Origin: Mobula hypostoma
Taxonomy: Eukaryota
Direction of reading: 5' to 3'
Assembly (NCBI RefSeq): GCF_963921235.1
Contig: NC_086106.1
Location: 25,172,001-25,236,000 of the forward strand
DNA: 64,000 bases
Of this stretch, positions 34,946 through 50,400 are shown in pieces. Both the position numbers and the translations under genes were made by a program. The notes beneath the pieces are model-generated. The model worked only from the letters and a program-made list of their open reading frames with translations, was not told the DNA's origin and did no database searches. Position 1 is the first letter of the stretch; each line of letters opens with the position of its first letter.

Positions 34946-36341
34946 TGTCATAAAGGGGGCGCTGGGAGCGGGCCCAAATGCAAGACACAGACACTGAAGT
35001 ACTCAGAATTGGACAGGTCTAGAGTTCCGAACGTGACTAGATACAGACTAGCTGGGACAAGAAAACAGACTTGTGCTAGGACATTGGCTAGGCAAGCGGG
35101 ACCAGGAATAGGAACTAGGAACTAGGAGCCTCGGCATGGACTCCGAGGTAAGACTGGACAAGGACCCAGCACCTGCGCCTCGATTTGGGATCGGACCCCG
35201 GAACTAGGTGAGGACATGACGTGGCTACAAGACTAAAAATGGCTTGGGTTCCTCGGGGCGAGGACATGACGAGGCTTGGGGTCCTCGAGGCGAGGGAGTG
35301 ACGAGGCTTGGGTTCCTCTTGGCGAGGAAATGAAGAGGTTTCGGTTCCTCGCAGTGAGGACAGGTCGAGGCTTGGGTTCCACGAGGCGAGAAAATGACGA
35401 GGCTTTGGATCTTCGAGGCGAGGACCTGACGAGCCTTGGGTTCGGACACAGAGCCAGAGACTGGAGAAACACCTAAAACCTGGGACTTGACTTGGGCTCG
35501 GACTCCAGAACTAGACGAAGATATGACGTGGTCTTGGGAAGCAGGAGTAGGCGAGGCTTCAGGACAGAAGGGCAGACTCCTGGGCAAGACGAGGGAACTC
35601 CACCACAGGACGAGGAACATGGACAGGACGGGAACACGAAGCCTTGACTTGGACAGGAACGCCGAGCCTTTGTCGAGGGAGATAGGAAGGCAGAGCCTTG
35701 GACGAAGGAGATAGGAACACAGAGCCTTGGACTTGAGAGAACATGAACGCAGAGACATGACACACAGAACCGGGACCCGCCTTGGGAACAGGACCTGGGA
35801 CCGGGACTCTACACAGAGTCAGGACCCCACCTAGGGAGCACGACGTAGGGCCGGAACTCGGACACAGAACACAGAGAGACAAAACGCCGGACCTACCTAG
35901 CGAAAGTTTGGACAAGAAGATTTTTCCCAACACTGGGTAGCGGCATACGGCCGGAACTACCAAGTGAAGGCGTGGACACAGAGAGACAGTTCCAAACAAT
36001 GATAGACAGTTCTTTTTCTTGCTCCGGCCGCTGAACTTGACAGCAGAGTATGCAAAGGTTACAGGCAAGGTTTAGAGACGAGGCAAGGCCCCAGGCGAGG
36101 CAAGGAGAGGCAAGACTCCAGACACTGGTTGCACGGCAAGACGTCAGGAGGAAGGGGCAGAGAAAGGATTCAGACACAGGGTGTGGACAGGAACAATCCA
36201 GCTACTGAGGCCGAAACAAGGAGCTATTTATGTAGCCAGCCGAAAATGTGAATCAAAATTGGAAAACCAGAAAACCCGGAATAAGGAACGATAGACCGGA
36301 CCGTGAACCGAAATCCGGACTTCATGGACTGGATCATGACA
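34946..36341 (-). mobile_element. Solo LTR at the same site in the A' unit (copy 54594-55989)
   Basis: Same left flank with CATTC; right flank CATCT. TGTCA...TGACA termini. Confidence 0.87.
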
Positions 36342-37657
36342 CATCTGGTTTTAGTCTGCGTAAATCTACCTAGAGCATTGAACATTTTGCCTGAATATCC
36401 ACTAAAATCGCCTTATGGGATATGCACGATTATTGTCATTAATATGTTAGTTGAGTGGGCACGTGGGCAACCGGTTAAGGCATTGGACTAGCGACGTGAA
36501 GGTCGAGAGATCGAGCCCCGGCCGAATCAACATGCTGTGCCCTTGAGCAAGACATGTAATCAAACATTTCTCTGCGACGACCCTTGTGCAAAACTTTTTT
36601 GGTCCTAATGTCTTTCCTTGGACAACATTGGAGTCGTGGGGTGGGGAGACTTGCAGCATGTACAACTGCTGCACTTCCATAGCACGTTGCCCAGGACTGC
36701 GTCCTGGAGAGCGAAGACTTTCCAGGCGCAGATCCATGGTCTCGAAAGAGTAACAGATGCCTTAGAATATCTTCGTTGTAACGTAAAATGCATTTTCACA
36801 TTTCATGAAAATGCACTCGTCGTGTCATATGTTCTAAAATTGTCCCCTGTATTCTTCCGTTCAAATCGACAATTTTAGCCGATCATCAGAAGCCACTCTA
36901 CTGGACCTTTCGATGAATTAGACAGTATATCTTCGGCTAGCAGAGTGTCCTAATGCTTGTACACTCAATTCTGCTAAACTTCTTGACGTAAGTAATCAGC
37001 ATATGTTATGCTAACACAAGTATTTTCTGCTAGAAAGCAATATTTTCTGTTACTGGAAAAATAAACACTAAGTAATATAGATGTCGTCATTCCAAACCCA
37101 GAAATAAAGATTAAATACATAGCCTTTCCTGAATGTCCTGACGTTTGTCAGAGTCTTCCGTTCGACAGCGGCCTCCTCCTCCAGTACAGTCATTATCGAG
37201 ATGGGTTTTGTAATTCCCCCCTTTTAAAGGTCATCAGACTGCGCAGTATTGACAACCGAGGCCGTTGTGCTCATAGCTAAAGTGTATTGCACCTCGGTTG
37301 AACATTGTATTGAGGTAATATCGAGTGTGGCTATATTTATATCTCATGTGGATAGAGTCGTGAAGAAAGTATGTTGGCCTCTATAAATCAGAGCACTGAC
37401 TATAGGAGCAGGGATGTAATGTTGAAATTGTACAAGGCATTGGTAAGGCCATATTTGGAGTAGTTGGTATAGCTATGGTCACCAAATAATAGGAAAGATA
37501 TGAATAATATTCAGAGTGTACAGAGAAGATTTACTAGAATGTTACCTGGGTTTCATCTACTAAGTTACAGAGAAAGATTGAACAAGTTGGGTCTTTATCC
37601 ATTGAGCGTAGAAGGTTTAGGGGAGACTTGACAGAGGTATTTAAAATCATGAGTGGG

Positions 37658-40087
37658 TGTCATGGTCCGGTCTGTGAAGTCCGTATTCAGGTTCACGGTC
37701 CAGTCCATCGAACCTTGCTCCTGGTTTTCCTGTCTAACCTGTTTCTGTTCCTGTTGAGAACTAATTGAGGCAGCTGATGTTCGTTGGGGCTGGCTGCATA
37801 AATACCTCTAGAGACCAGGCGTGGCTGCTGGATTGTTCTTGTCCTTACTCCTTGTATCCATTCCCCTGCCTTCTATTTCCTCGCCTGAAGCCCTGCCTGG
37901 TCTTGCCGGTAACTCTCGCCTCGTCTCGCCTGTAGTCTTGTCCTGGATCCATCCCGTACCGAGCTCTCTTCCCGTCCCTTGTCCCCGCCGGGTAAATTAG
38001 CCCGTGTTGCCATTATTCTGCGGTTGCTTCTGTCCTTTCCTTTTCCTTGCCTCAGTTAGGTAAGCCAGGCAATATTGCCGTTACCTACGGTTGGTTCTGT
38101 CCCTTCCCAACCCTTGCCTTCGTCGGGTAAGCCTGGCCGTCTTGCCGTTACCTGCAGGTTGGTTCTGTACCTTCCTGTCCCTTGCCTCCGTCGGCTGGAG
38201 ATCCGCGCCCTGCCCGGGAGGAGCTTCCAGACTCCAGCTTCGCCTCTAGTCTCCAGCCTCCAGCCTCACCTACAGACTCCAGTCTCCAGCCTCGACTCCA
38301 GTCTCCCGCCTCCAGCCTCGCCTCCCTTCTCCAGCCTCCAGCTTCGCCTCCAGCCTCCAGCCTCCAGCCTCGCCTCCAGATTCCAGCCTTCAGCGTCGCC
38401 TCCAGTCACCTGCCTCCAGCCTCGCCTTCAGCCTCCTGTCTCCAGTCTCCTGGCCTCCAGCCTCCAGTCCTGTTTCCAGCCTCGCGTCATGTCTCTAGCC
38501 AACCCTCGCCTCAAGTCTCTAGCCTCAAGCCCGAAGATTCCAGTCTTGTCCTGCCTGCTAGCCAAGCCTCATCCTTGTCTAGTTCTGGGGACCGAGCAAC
38601 AGGCGAGAATCAGGTACTGGGTCCTTGTCCAGTCTCTGGCTTGGATTGCAAGCCCGGGCTCCTAGCTCTCTGGTCCAGTCCTGTTTTGGGTTCCCGGTTT
38701 TCGTGTCCATGCCCTTGCCCTCACTCTGTATCCTATTCTTGTCCCTAATACTTCAGTGTCTGTTTCTTGCATCTGGGTCTATTTCCTGCACCCCATTATG
38801 ACAGAAAAATCCAGCCTCCCATGGACCCAGCGACACCGACACTGTAATTTTCCTCTTGCCACCCGGGTACCTTTCTGTTAAATATCCTCCTACCCGCCAG
38901 GGTCGTCCATAGTCTGGATATCGTGTTTGGTCGCCAGGAGGCTCAAGTAGAAGGGTGGGGGAGGGGGGTGATACTGTCATCAGCCGGTCGGTGAAGTCCG
39001 TATTCCGGTTCACAGCCTGGTCCATCGACCCTTGGCAGTTGATGCTCGTTGGAGCTGGCTGTATAAATACCTCCAGAGACCAGGGCATGGTTGCTGGATT
39101 GTTCTTGTCCTTACTCATTCTATCCCTTCTCCTGCTTTCTGTTTCCTCGCCTGAAGCCCTGCCTTTGTCTTGCCGGTAACTCTCGCCTCGCCTGAAGTTC
39201 TTGTCTCGCCTTGCATTTCCTGAAGCCTTGCCTTGTCTTGCTGGTAACTTTCGGCTCGTCTCGTCTGCAGTCTTGTCCTGGAGCCACCCCGTACCTAGCT
39301 CCCTTCCTGTTCCTTGTCTCCGCCGGGTAAGTCAGGCCGTCTTGTCATTAACACGCGGTTGGTTCTGTTCCTTCCTGTCCGTTGACTCCGTTGGGTAAGC
39401 CAGGCCGTATGCCGTCACCTACGGTTGGTTCTGTCCATTCCAAACCTTGCCTCCGTCGGGTAAGCCAGACCGTCTTGCCGTTACGTGCGGTTGGTTTTGT
39501 CCCTTCCTTTTCCTTGCCACCGTCGGATGGTGCTCCGCGCACAGCTGAGGAGAACCTTCAAGACACCAGCCTCGCCACTAGCCTCCAGCTCCAGCCTCTC
39601 CTCTAGTCTCCAGCCTCCACTATCGCCTCCAGTCTCTAGCCTCCAGCCGCGCCTCCAGTCTCCAGCCTCCAGCCTCCTCTACAGTCCCCCGCCTCCAGAC
39701 TCGCCTCCAGCCTCTCCTCCAGCCCCCTGCCTCCAGCCTCACCTCCAGTCTCTCTCCAAGCCTCGCCTCAATTCTCTAGCCTCAAGCCTCGCCTCAATTC
39801 TCTAGCCTCAAGCCTGAAAACTCCAGCCTCGTTCTGCCTGACAGCCAAGCCTCGTCCTTGCCTAGTTCTGGGGTCCGAGCCAGAGGCAAGACCCAGGTAC
39901 TGGGTCCTTGTCCAGTCTCTCAGTCGGAGTCCAAGCCCGGGATCCTAGATCTCCCTGTCGAGTCCTGTTCCGGGTTCCCGGTTTTCGTATCCATGTCCTT
40001 GTCCTCACCCTGTATCCTACTCCTGCCCCTCGTACTTCAATGCCTGTTGCTTACATTTGGGTCTGTTTCCAGCACCCCATTATGACA
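37658..40087 (+). mobile_element. Two-LTR deleted retroelement, copy 2 (LTR-A 37658-38803, LTR-B 38975-40087)
   Basis: As 18023-20441; the internal start reads MDPA. Confidence 0.85.
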
Positions 40088-43000
40088 GGAAGATAGAGTT
40101 GACGTGGATAGGTTTTTTCCATTGAGAGTGGGGGCGATTCAAACCAGAGGACGTGAGTTGAGAGTTAAAGGGCAAACGTTTAGGGGTAAAACGAGGGAGG
40201 GACTTCTTTACTCAGAGAGTGGTAGCTGCGTGGAATGGGCTTCCAGCAGAAGTGATTGATGCAGGATCGATGTTGTCATTTGAAGTTATTATTTTTTTTT
40301 CTGTTTGTTTGTTGTTATAACCAATAATACATGAAGGAAATTAGACTTTCTTTAACTTCATCCGCATATTAAACATGTTTTCAGGACTTCCTGCGTTCTT
40401 GAGATGGCAAGCTTCGTCAAAGCAGAAAATGAAACAATCACGAGACAACTGGTGTTTACTTTGTAAATTCTTTACTTTTCATTTTCCAGATCTGCCTACC
40501 TGAGACGACATATGGAACCCATTTATTAAATGTGCGCCAACATCGTCTTTAGGCGTAATTAAAGGAGCGAAGACAACAAATATTTCTACAAACGTAAGAA
40601 AACGGTCTCAAAATGCCTGCTAGTATTAGATTCAGTACGTTATATTAGTTAATCCTCTTTTTTATGCTACAGGGCTCTTTAACTTTTTTTGTAGAAGTCG
40701 GATCTGCGAGGCACTCTGGTCACGAACTCTGTATATTACACGCACAAAATAGTCTGCAGATGCTGGGATCAAAGCAACACTCACAACACGCTGGAGGAAC
40801 TCAGCACGTCGGGCAGCATCAGTGGAAACGATGAGTCGACGTTCCGGGCTCAACCCTTCGTCAGGAGTAAAGAAAGTGCATTCTACCAGATGTCAGCAGA
40901 GCTTCAGTAATTCTCTCACGAGAATTGTTCCTTTATTGAATTTTTGCAGAAGCTTCCACGCCAGCTGGGTGATCACAACTATTCCGTCTTTTATAATTGC
41001 CGACAAACGTAAAATAAACATAATAAAACAAACAATTTTTAAACTTGCATTTTGTTACTAAGAGAGTGGTAGCTGTGTGGAACGAGCTTGCAGCAGAAGT
41101 GGTCGAGGCAGATTCGATGCTGTCATTTAAAGTTTAAAATAAAACATTTTTTTTTCGGTTTGTTTGTTGTTATAGCATATAATAAGTGAAGGGACTTGCA
41201 TTTTGATAATGATCATTACGGGTATATTTTTAAAATAGTTAACCGTTCGTTATTGTCCTGACGAACGGTTCCGGCCAGAAACGCCGACATATCGTTTCCA
41301 TTGATGCTGTCCGACCTGCTGAGTTCCTACGACGTGTTGTGACTGTTGCTCTGTATATTACCCTAGTTCGTAACACACTGGAATATTTATCAGGTATATG
41401 ACGAATAGCATAAATTCTTCTTCACACCGCACAGATGCTGTCTGAACTTGTGGATGTTAGATGACGCGGTATGTTGCGTTTGACATGGATTTACATTAAA
41501 ATGGAAAGCGCGACTGTCTTTGATCGTGTCGTATTAATCGTGACCATGCAGTGCCCTTGTGTACGTGATCCTATTTAATGATGTACACACACTCTCTCCA
41601 TATTACAGCAACTAATCTGATGCTGTTCCCTACGTCTGTTTTAACTGTGGTCGTCTAACAAACTCCGTGACAGTTACCGAGGACTTTATAGCATTCACAA
41701 ATTTTATAAAGGCAGCTGCAGAAGTAACGAAAGAACGTAGACATAAACGCTTCATAGGACCTCAGCTGCAAGTGCGTTGGACTGAGTTATTGGATAATCT
41801 ATTCTTATTCCCACGACAGAGATGGAGCAGTCCCAATAACGTTCAGAGACTCTGTTCCCTGTTTAGTGCCCAATGTGTCTTTCACACTGCTTGTAACAGA
41901 GCCATAATGCAGAGATGTCCGCAATAGCTGTGCGAAGATTCATCCGCTTTCTCTCAACTTGATCTCCACACGGAAATACCACGCGGGGTCAGTCAGCTGC
42001 ACCGCTGCCATAGTCAGTAGCTGCTCCTTCTCAATAACTGAACTGCATCAGGAAGACGACCATTAGCGAATTACGCCGGTTGTTCATAGACTCCAACAGC
42101 TGGTGATCGCATGGCAAACTCCGTTTGTCTGTCCGGAATATTTTGCGGAGACAAAATAAATTAAAGGAAAATGATGCAGTGATGTTCTTTCATTTTTGTC
42201 CAATAACTTTTACTGTGTTATTGATTCGGCATTGTTCAGTCCGGTTACATGATTAAAATGTGAAAAAATGCACTCTGTTGTCTCGCAGCATTGAAGATAT
42301 CGAATCACCAGAATACATAATAAAGAATGGGACAGCACCTCTCTATGTTACGCAGAACATACCACTTCTCATTTTACAGGAGCAGCTTGACGCCATTCCC
42401 TTCTATCTGTTTTATTTCTTTTCATAGCATATGCACAGTATGAGATCGGCTTTAATTCAAAAATTATTTCAAATTTAGGTTCAAAAAGTTTTTTTTTTAA
42501 TTAGAGTACGATAATATATGAGATACTGAATCAAAAGTCGAGATGGATTGCACTTTCTAAGTCCATGCTTGCGAGATCGTCACCGTTTGAAAACATCGTC
42601 TGTTTAGGTATTCCTCATGGTAATACAATCCAGGATAGGTTTGGTTAGAATGGATTTACATTTTTCCACAATGCCTATCTTAATGGGGATTTTGTTTACT
42701 TCTGATATCACGGTACTTTATGATATTTCAAAATCGTTTGTATTCTTGCCAATGATGAACGACACACACAGCAAACCAAGATGAAGTCGTCGCATGCCTC
42801 TACTCCCAAAATTACGAAATTGCATTTTGATCTTTTCGGGTTGTGAGTCATTAATCAAACCCTGCGGAAACAAGTCCACTAGGATGGTAACATCATATGC
42901 TGCAGAAAAATCGCAAGAAACAAGATGTCTTTCGGGTTTTATTTGTTTATTTCAGTTCTCCTCCTCAGAAAATAGGTGCGTGATAAATTCATATAAATTA

Positions 43001-43954
43001 GGCCTGAAATTCGCTGATTAATCTCAACATTCTCCGAAAGTAGATGTTGCTTATATCCTGTCATATACAAACGTATTTCTATGTATATCCATCGATCAGT
43101 TATACTCACAAGCTTGACGTTGAAGAACTTCATAGTCGGGAACATTCAGCCCTGGGTCACGAGGGAAAAGCGCTTTATCGAGAGTTTCGTTTGTCCGCAG
43201 TTATAAACGACCGAAACGCTGGGAACACCCAGCTGGGGTGGAAGCTTCAGTGAAAATGGAAGAAGGAACTGTTCTCGTGAGAGAATAAGTACAGCTCTGC
43301 TGACATCTGGTAGAATATATTTTCTTTGTTCCTGGCGCTGTTACATGAAAGTCACTGCCTGCTTCACGTCTCAACAGCTTATTCACAAAATGATCCTACT
43401 TCCATCCGCAAAATTAATTAGTAAGTTATTCAGAGAAAAGCTACTTGCATAGGCTGCATTTGAACAGGTCAAAATATCATGTACCTTGCTGCTTGCTCAT
43501 GTCTGCTTTTCAGATCAATTCTGACGTCTCTAAGTTCTGCCAGATATATAAAACAGAGTAAAGACTGTAATTTCATCTTTTCCTCCTCCCCGGCTTCGTT
43601 ACCAACCATTTAATTCTGCTCACACCATCTGCTTCGATGAGCAATCGCAATTTGATGACTGTCTTCTCCACGAGAATTGCCGCCTGCCCTGCACTCGTTT
43701 GCCGATTCGTGGCGCTTCGCTGTTAATGGCAGCTTACAAAGTATTTGACTCCTATGTTCGGACTTCTGTGGTCGCCTGTGCAGAATTTCACTTCCTGCAT
43801 TTCGACTGAACGCTCCTTTGTGTTGTATATTTGGAGACTTAACACCTTGCGTTGCCTCTTGTGATTGGTCGGTTTGGCCAAGGTATGTGTATTTCTCCTA
43901 TTGCAATGAGTTTCCACCTCGAGTCACTGAAGTACAGACACAAACAGAGTGAAT

Positions 43955-44429
43955 ATGGCAAACTGCCTCGCGCAGGTCCTCATTATTCTGTTCCTTCTGG
44001 GTAAGATATTCCTTCACTGTGTTATTCCAGACCTTCCTAATTATCAGTAACCACGTGTATTTCTCTCTATTTAAGTAACATACTGTTCCAAGTAAAATTT
44101 ATGATGTATTATTTATTTTACTGTTAGACTGGAGCCGTGAAGACGCAGTGGAACAGTCAGTAGTTGCAATGACGTTTGAAGAAGAAAGTAATATTACCCT
44201 AAACTGTACATTGAAAACAAGCAATGCATCCCCGTATGTTTTCTGGTACAGGCAGCGCACCGGACAGCGACCACAGTATTTAATTCGGATTATCGCCGGA
44301 AAAGTATACCGAAATGAGCATGTAACCGACCGGCTATTTGCCTCCTATGATAAAAGTAAAAAATATACTGAACTGTCGATTAACAACACCATACTCTCTG
44401 ACTCGGCCACATACCTCTGCGCGATGAGC
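43955..44429 (+). CDS. TRAV: V segment V4 (leader 43955-44000, V exon 44128-44429), protein identical to V2
   Basis: Same structure; ORF-track translation is identical to V2. Confidence 0.93.
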
Positions 44430-44467
44430 CACGGTGCTTAAATATCTGAATTATTCGAACAAAAACC
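44430..44467 (+). other. V4 RSS
   Basis: CACGGTG, 22 nt, ACAAAAACC. Confidence 0.95.
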
Positions 44468-47400
44468 CTCTTTAACAGTTTCCTCGAAAGCTCGGTAGAG
44501 GGCGAACAATTTAAGGCGAGCATAAATGCTGACTGAATCGCAAAGGTTTAGTCTTATGTTTCATATGATGTCATAGCTTGTTTCTCGCACCAGTGATATA
44601 TGCAGTTGGTATTGTTACTGGATCCTTTCGTTCTTTGATAGTTGTGACTGTGAGAAAAAATCACTTCAACTTAAGTGATTCTTATGTGTTACTTAATTTC
44701 ACGGACTAATTACCTTTTAAACGCCAGCGTCAGATTGTCCCTGACATCAAGAAAATCTGGGTGTAATTGAATTCGCCGAGTTTCATTTTCGAAAGTTACC
44801 TCTAGCGTTAATTCCCGTACACGATCCATTGTGTTTACCGACAGTTTTAATTTGGTTATCACAACAAAAAATCAAGCCGCCAAATATTTGGTTGAACACA
44901 TCAGTAATTCAAAACATTGTACAATTATCAACAGAAATGGCGCGTACTCTCTGAAATTAGGTCACTTGATGATGAGGTGGGGATTTGGAGACAATGACAC
45001 CCTAGGTTGCATCTTCGGAAACAACTCTATTTCAAATTTTAATATCTCTACTTTTTCCCTTTCAAGGTTATTTTTTACACCCTGACCTGCGGGTACTCGC
45101 TGTCGTCGGTTCGTTGCGGGAACTGGTCCGGCTCTCGGGGTCGCACGACTGGCCGTTATTCGATATGCAAATAACACCTCCAAACAGATTAGCAAGTCTT
45201 CGGTGTTTCAGGATTTCGTGGCTCTGGAGGAGGGGCGGCCTCGAGGTCGGTGCCAGTGCAGGAAATCGTTGCGTCGTGGAGACGGAAGCTATCTGATTGT
45301 GTTCCAAGACACCCGAGTTCTTTGGGCACATAACCCGGTAAAAGCGGAGCCACGGACGTTTAACATCGTAATTCACTGAGTTGTTTGTTAAGCAACATAC
45401 ATCAAAGTTGCTGGTGAACGCAGCAGGCCAAGCAGCATCTATAAGAAGAGGCGCAGTCGAGGTTTCAGGCCGAGACCCTTCGTCAGGACAAATTGAAGGA
45501 AGAGTGAGTAAGGGATTTGAAAGCTGGAGGGGGAGGGGGAGATGCAAAATGATAGGAGAAGACAGGAGGGGGAGGGATAGAGCCGAGAGCTGGACAGGTG
45601 ATAGGCAAAAGGGGATACGATAGGATCATGGGACAGGAGGTCCGGGAAGAAAGACAAAGGGGGGGTGACCCAGAGGACGGGCAAGAGGTATATTCAGAGG
45701 GACTCTGTCCGCCAGAGAAAGCAGGATCTCCCAGTGGCCACACATTTTAATTCCACATCCCATTCCCATTCTCACATGTCTATCCACGGCCTCCTCTACT
45801 GTAAAGATGAAGCCATACTCAGGTTGGAGGAACAACACCTTATATTCCGTCTGGGTAGCCTCCAACCTGATGGCATGAACATCGACTTCTCTACCTGCCG
45901 CTAAGGCCCCACCTCCCCCTCGTACCCCATCTGTTACTCATTTTTATGCACACATTCTTTCTCTCACTCTCCTTTTTCTCCCTCTGTCCCTCTGAATATA
46001 CCTCTTGCCCATCCTCTGGGTCACCCCCCCCCCTTGTCTTTCTTCCCGGACCTCCTGTCCCATGATCCTCTCGTATCCCCTTTTGCCTATCACCTGTCCA
46101 GCTCTCGGCTCTATCCCTCCCCCTCCTGTCTTCTCCTATCATTTTGCATCTCCCCCTCCCCCTCCAGCTTTCAAATCCATTACTCACTCTTCCTTCAGTA
46201 GTCCTGACGAAGGGTCTCGGCCTGAAACGTCGACTGCGCTCTTCCTATTGATGCTGCTTGGCCTGCTGCGTTCACCAGCAACTTTGATGTATGTTGCTTG
46301 AATTTCCAGCATCTGCAGAATTCCTGTTGTTTGAGTTGTTTGTTAATCTCGCTTCTCGCTGTGAACGGCAGACACCTCATTTTCACTTATTAGGAAGACA
46401 GAGAGGCTGTCGTATGTGGAATGACCGTGAGAATGAATAGTCTTTCGGGTACAGCAAGTCTGTGTGTTCAATGATGCTATGTTGCACACTTGAGTGCCCG
46501 GTAGAGGGCGGTGATGCTCTTTCGCTGGTGCGGGACGGGGGATTGTTGCTCTGCTGGTGATTAACCGTGCGAAAAGAGAGCTGCGGTGGGAGGCTTTCGG
46601 GTTTCAGCATTTAACTGTCTTTCATTCTGTGTGGCACACCTCTGTTTTCCTGTATGTTTGCGAAGAAATAGAAATATTCAAGGATGTATATTGTATACAT
46701 TAATCTGACATTACATGTACCTTTGAAACTGACACCTTCCACGCAGAATTATGAGCAGCGTTGACGCCACGAGACGTACTTGAGTGGAGCATTGTACTTG
46801 TATTTACAAACCTTACAGCAAGAGCCTCCAGAAACTCAACATTCTGTCCTAGAGGGGACGCTGGGAGCGGGCGCAAATGCAAGACATAGACACTGAAGTA
46901 TCAGGAACAAGACAGGACTAGAGTTCCGGACGTAACAAGATGCAAACTAGCAGCTGGGACAAGAACAGAGACTTGGGCTAGGACATTGGCGAATCAGCGG
47001 GAGCAGGACAAGGAACTGGGAACTAGGAGCCTGGCCATGGACTCCGAGCCAGAGACTGGACAAGGACCCAGCAATGCGTAATGACTCGGCCTCGGACCGC
47101 GGAACTAAGCCAGCACATGACGGGGCTACAAGAGTAAAGATTGCTTGGGTTTCACGAGGCGAGGACATGACGAGGCTTGGGTTCCTCGAGGCGAGGACAT
47201 GACGAGCCTTGATTTCGGACTCCAAGCCAGAGTCTGTACCAGGTCCTAGAACATGGGTCTTGACCTGGGCTCGCATTCCAGAACCAGACGAATACATGAC
47301 GTGGTCTTGGGAGACATAACTGGAGGAGGCTACGGGACAGAACGAGAGAGGCCTTGGCAAGATGAGGGAACTCTAGCACAGGACGAGGCACATGGACAGG

Positions 47401-50400
47401 ACGGAAACACGAAGCCTTCACTTGGAGAAGAACGCAGAGCATTTGTCAAGGGAGATAGGAACGCAAAGCCTTGAACTTCATAGAACAGGAACGCAGAGCT
47501 TTGGACTTGATAGAACAGGAACGCAGAGGCATGGAACACAGAGCCGGCACCCCTCCTTGGGAACAGAACTTAGCACCGGGGCTCTACACAGAGTCAGGAC
47601 CCCTCCTAGGGAGCAGGACGTACGGTCGGGACTCGTACACGGAACACAGAGAGACATTTCGCAACACGATGTAGCGGCAGACGGCCGGACCTACGCAGCG
47701 AATCCGCAGACACAGAGAGACAGTTCGAAACAAAAACAAACAGTTCCTTTTCTTGCTCCGGAATCTGAACTTGACAACAGTGCAGGCAAAGCTTGCAGGC
47801 AATGGTTACAGACGGGGCAAGTCTCCAGGCGGGGCGAGGCTTCAGACGAGGCACCACGAGGCAAGGTACCAGACACAGGTTGCTGGGCAAGGCTTCAGGA
47901 GGAAGGGACAGAGAAGGGATTCAGACAGGGGGTGTGGACAGGAACAATCCTGCAACTTATGCTGAACCAAGGAACTATTTATGTAGCCAGCCCAAAATAT
48001 GAATCAGCTGCCTAAATTAGAGCACACAGCAGAAAAGAAAAAGGAAAACCGTGAAACCTGGAATAAGGAACGATCGGCCGGACCGTAAACCGCAATCCGG
48101 ACTTCACGGACCTGACTATGACACAGTCAGGATATAGTGCATGATAAATCTATCTAGAGTATTGACTATCCACTAAAATCACCTTATTGGATATGCACGA
48201 CTATTGTTATTAATATCTTAGTTGAGAGGCCACGTGGCCAAGTGGTTAAGGCAGGGGATTAGCAAGCTGAAGGTCGTGAGCCCCAGCCCCAGCCGAGGCA
48301 CGTGTTGTGGCCTTGAGCAAGGCTCTTAATCAAACACTGCTCTGCGACGATAATGGAACCCAGCTGTATGGGTCCTAATGTCCTTTCCTTGGACATCATT
48401 GGTGTCCTGGAGAGGGGAGACATGCAGCATGGGCAACTGCTGGTCTTCCATACAACGGTGCCTAGGGCTGCGTCCTGGAGAATGAAGACTTTCCAGGCGC
48501 AGATCCATGGACTCGTAAGTCTAACAGATACCTTAGAATATCATAGTTTCATGAAAATGCTTTCGTCGTGTCATATGTCGTATAATTGTCCCCTTTATTC
48601 TGTCGTTCAACTGGCAATATTGCCGATCATCAGACGCCACTGTACTGGACCTTCCGATGAATTCGACAGTACTTCTTCGGCTAGCAGGTTGTCCTGATGC
48701 CTATACACTCAATTTTGCTGAATTTGTTGACGTAAATTATCAGCACATTTTATCCTGAATCAAGTACTTTGTGCTGGAAACCTATATTTTGTGTTACTGG
48801 AAAAATAAACACTAAGTAATATAAATGTTATCATTCTAATTCCAGAAATAAAGATTAAAGGAACAGCCTTTCCACAATGTCCTGACGTTTGTCAGAGTCT
48901 TCCATTCGATTGCGGCCTCCTCCTCCAGTACAGTCATTATCGAGATGGGTTTTGTAACAGCCCCCTTATATAAGCTCACTAAACTGCGCAGTAATTACCG
49001 CCGAGGCCGTTGTACTCACACCTAAAGTGTATTGCACCTCGTTTAAGCATTTTATTGAAGTAATATCTAGTGTGGCTATACGTATATCTCATGAGGACAG
49101 GGTGGTGAAGAAAGTATTTTGGCCTTTATAAATCAGAGCATTGAGTACTGGAGTTGGGATGTAATATACAAACTGTACAAGGCATTGGTAAGGCCAAGTT
49201 TGGAGTATTGTGTATAGCTGTGGTCACCGAATTATAGGAAAGATATGAATAATATTCAGAGAATACAGAGAAGATTTACTAGAATGTTACCTGGGCTTCA
49301 TCTCCTAAGTTACAGAGAAAGATTGAACAAGTTGTGTCTTTATGCTTTGGAGCATAGAATGTTGAGGGGGGACGTGATAGACGCATTTAAAATTATGAGG
49401 GGGATTGATAGAGTTGACGTAGATAGGCTTTTTCCATTGACAGTGGAGGAGGTTCAAACAAGAGGATATGAGTTGAGAGTTAAAGGGCAAAAGTTTATTG
49501 GTAACAAGAGGGGAGACTTCTTTACTCAGAGAGTGGTAGCTGTGTGGAACGAGCTTCCAGCAGAAGTGGTTGAGGCAGGTTCGATGTTGTCATTTAAGGT
49601 AAAAAAAAACACTTTTCTCTCTGTTTGTTTGTTTTTATAGTTAGTAATATATGAAGGAAATCAGACTTGCTTTAACTTCGTCCACATATGAAACATCTTT
49701 TCATCTGGGTTCTTGAGATGGAAGGCTTCGTCAAAACAGAAAATGAAACAGTTACGCGGTAACTGGTGTTTACTTTGTAAATTCTTTACTTTTCATTTTC
49801 CAGATCTGCCTACCTGAGAGGTCATATGAAATTCATTCATGAAATGTGCGCCAAACTCGTCTTGACACATAACTAAAGGAGCGAAAACAACAAATATTTC
49901 AAGGAAACATTCTCAAAATGCCTGCTAGTATTAGATTAATTCCGGGATATCAGTTAATCCTCTTTCTATCCTACAGGGCTCTTTAACTTTTTTTTAAAGC
50001 TCGGATCTCCGATGCAATCTGGTCACTCACTCTGTATATTACACTGGTTCCTAATAGATTGGAATAGTTATCAGGCATATGACGAATAGTATGAATTCCT
50101 CTGCGTGCTGCACAATGTTGTCTGATTTGTGGATGTTTGTTTCGCGTTCACCTTCATTTTTGAAATAGAGGACGCGGTATGTTGTTTTTTTCATGGATTT
50201 ACATTAAAATGGACAGCGCCACTATCTTTGATCGTGTCGCATTAATCGTGACCCTGCAGTGCCCTTGTACGTGATCCTATTTAATGTTGTACATACTCTC
50301 TCCATATTACAGCAACTACTCTGATGCTGTGCCGTACGACTGCTTTCACTGTGGTCGTCTGACAAACTCCATGACAGTTACTGCGCACTTTATAGCATTC

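Larger units (their letters stand above)
17233..36867 (+). repeat. Tandem segmental duplication, copy 1 (contains V2 and V3)
   Basis: Near-identical to 36868-56515 at offsets 19635-19648. Identity drops left of about 17233. Confidence 0.95.
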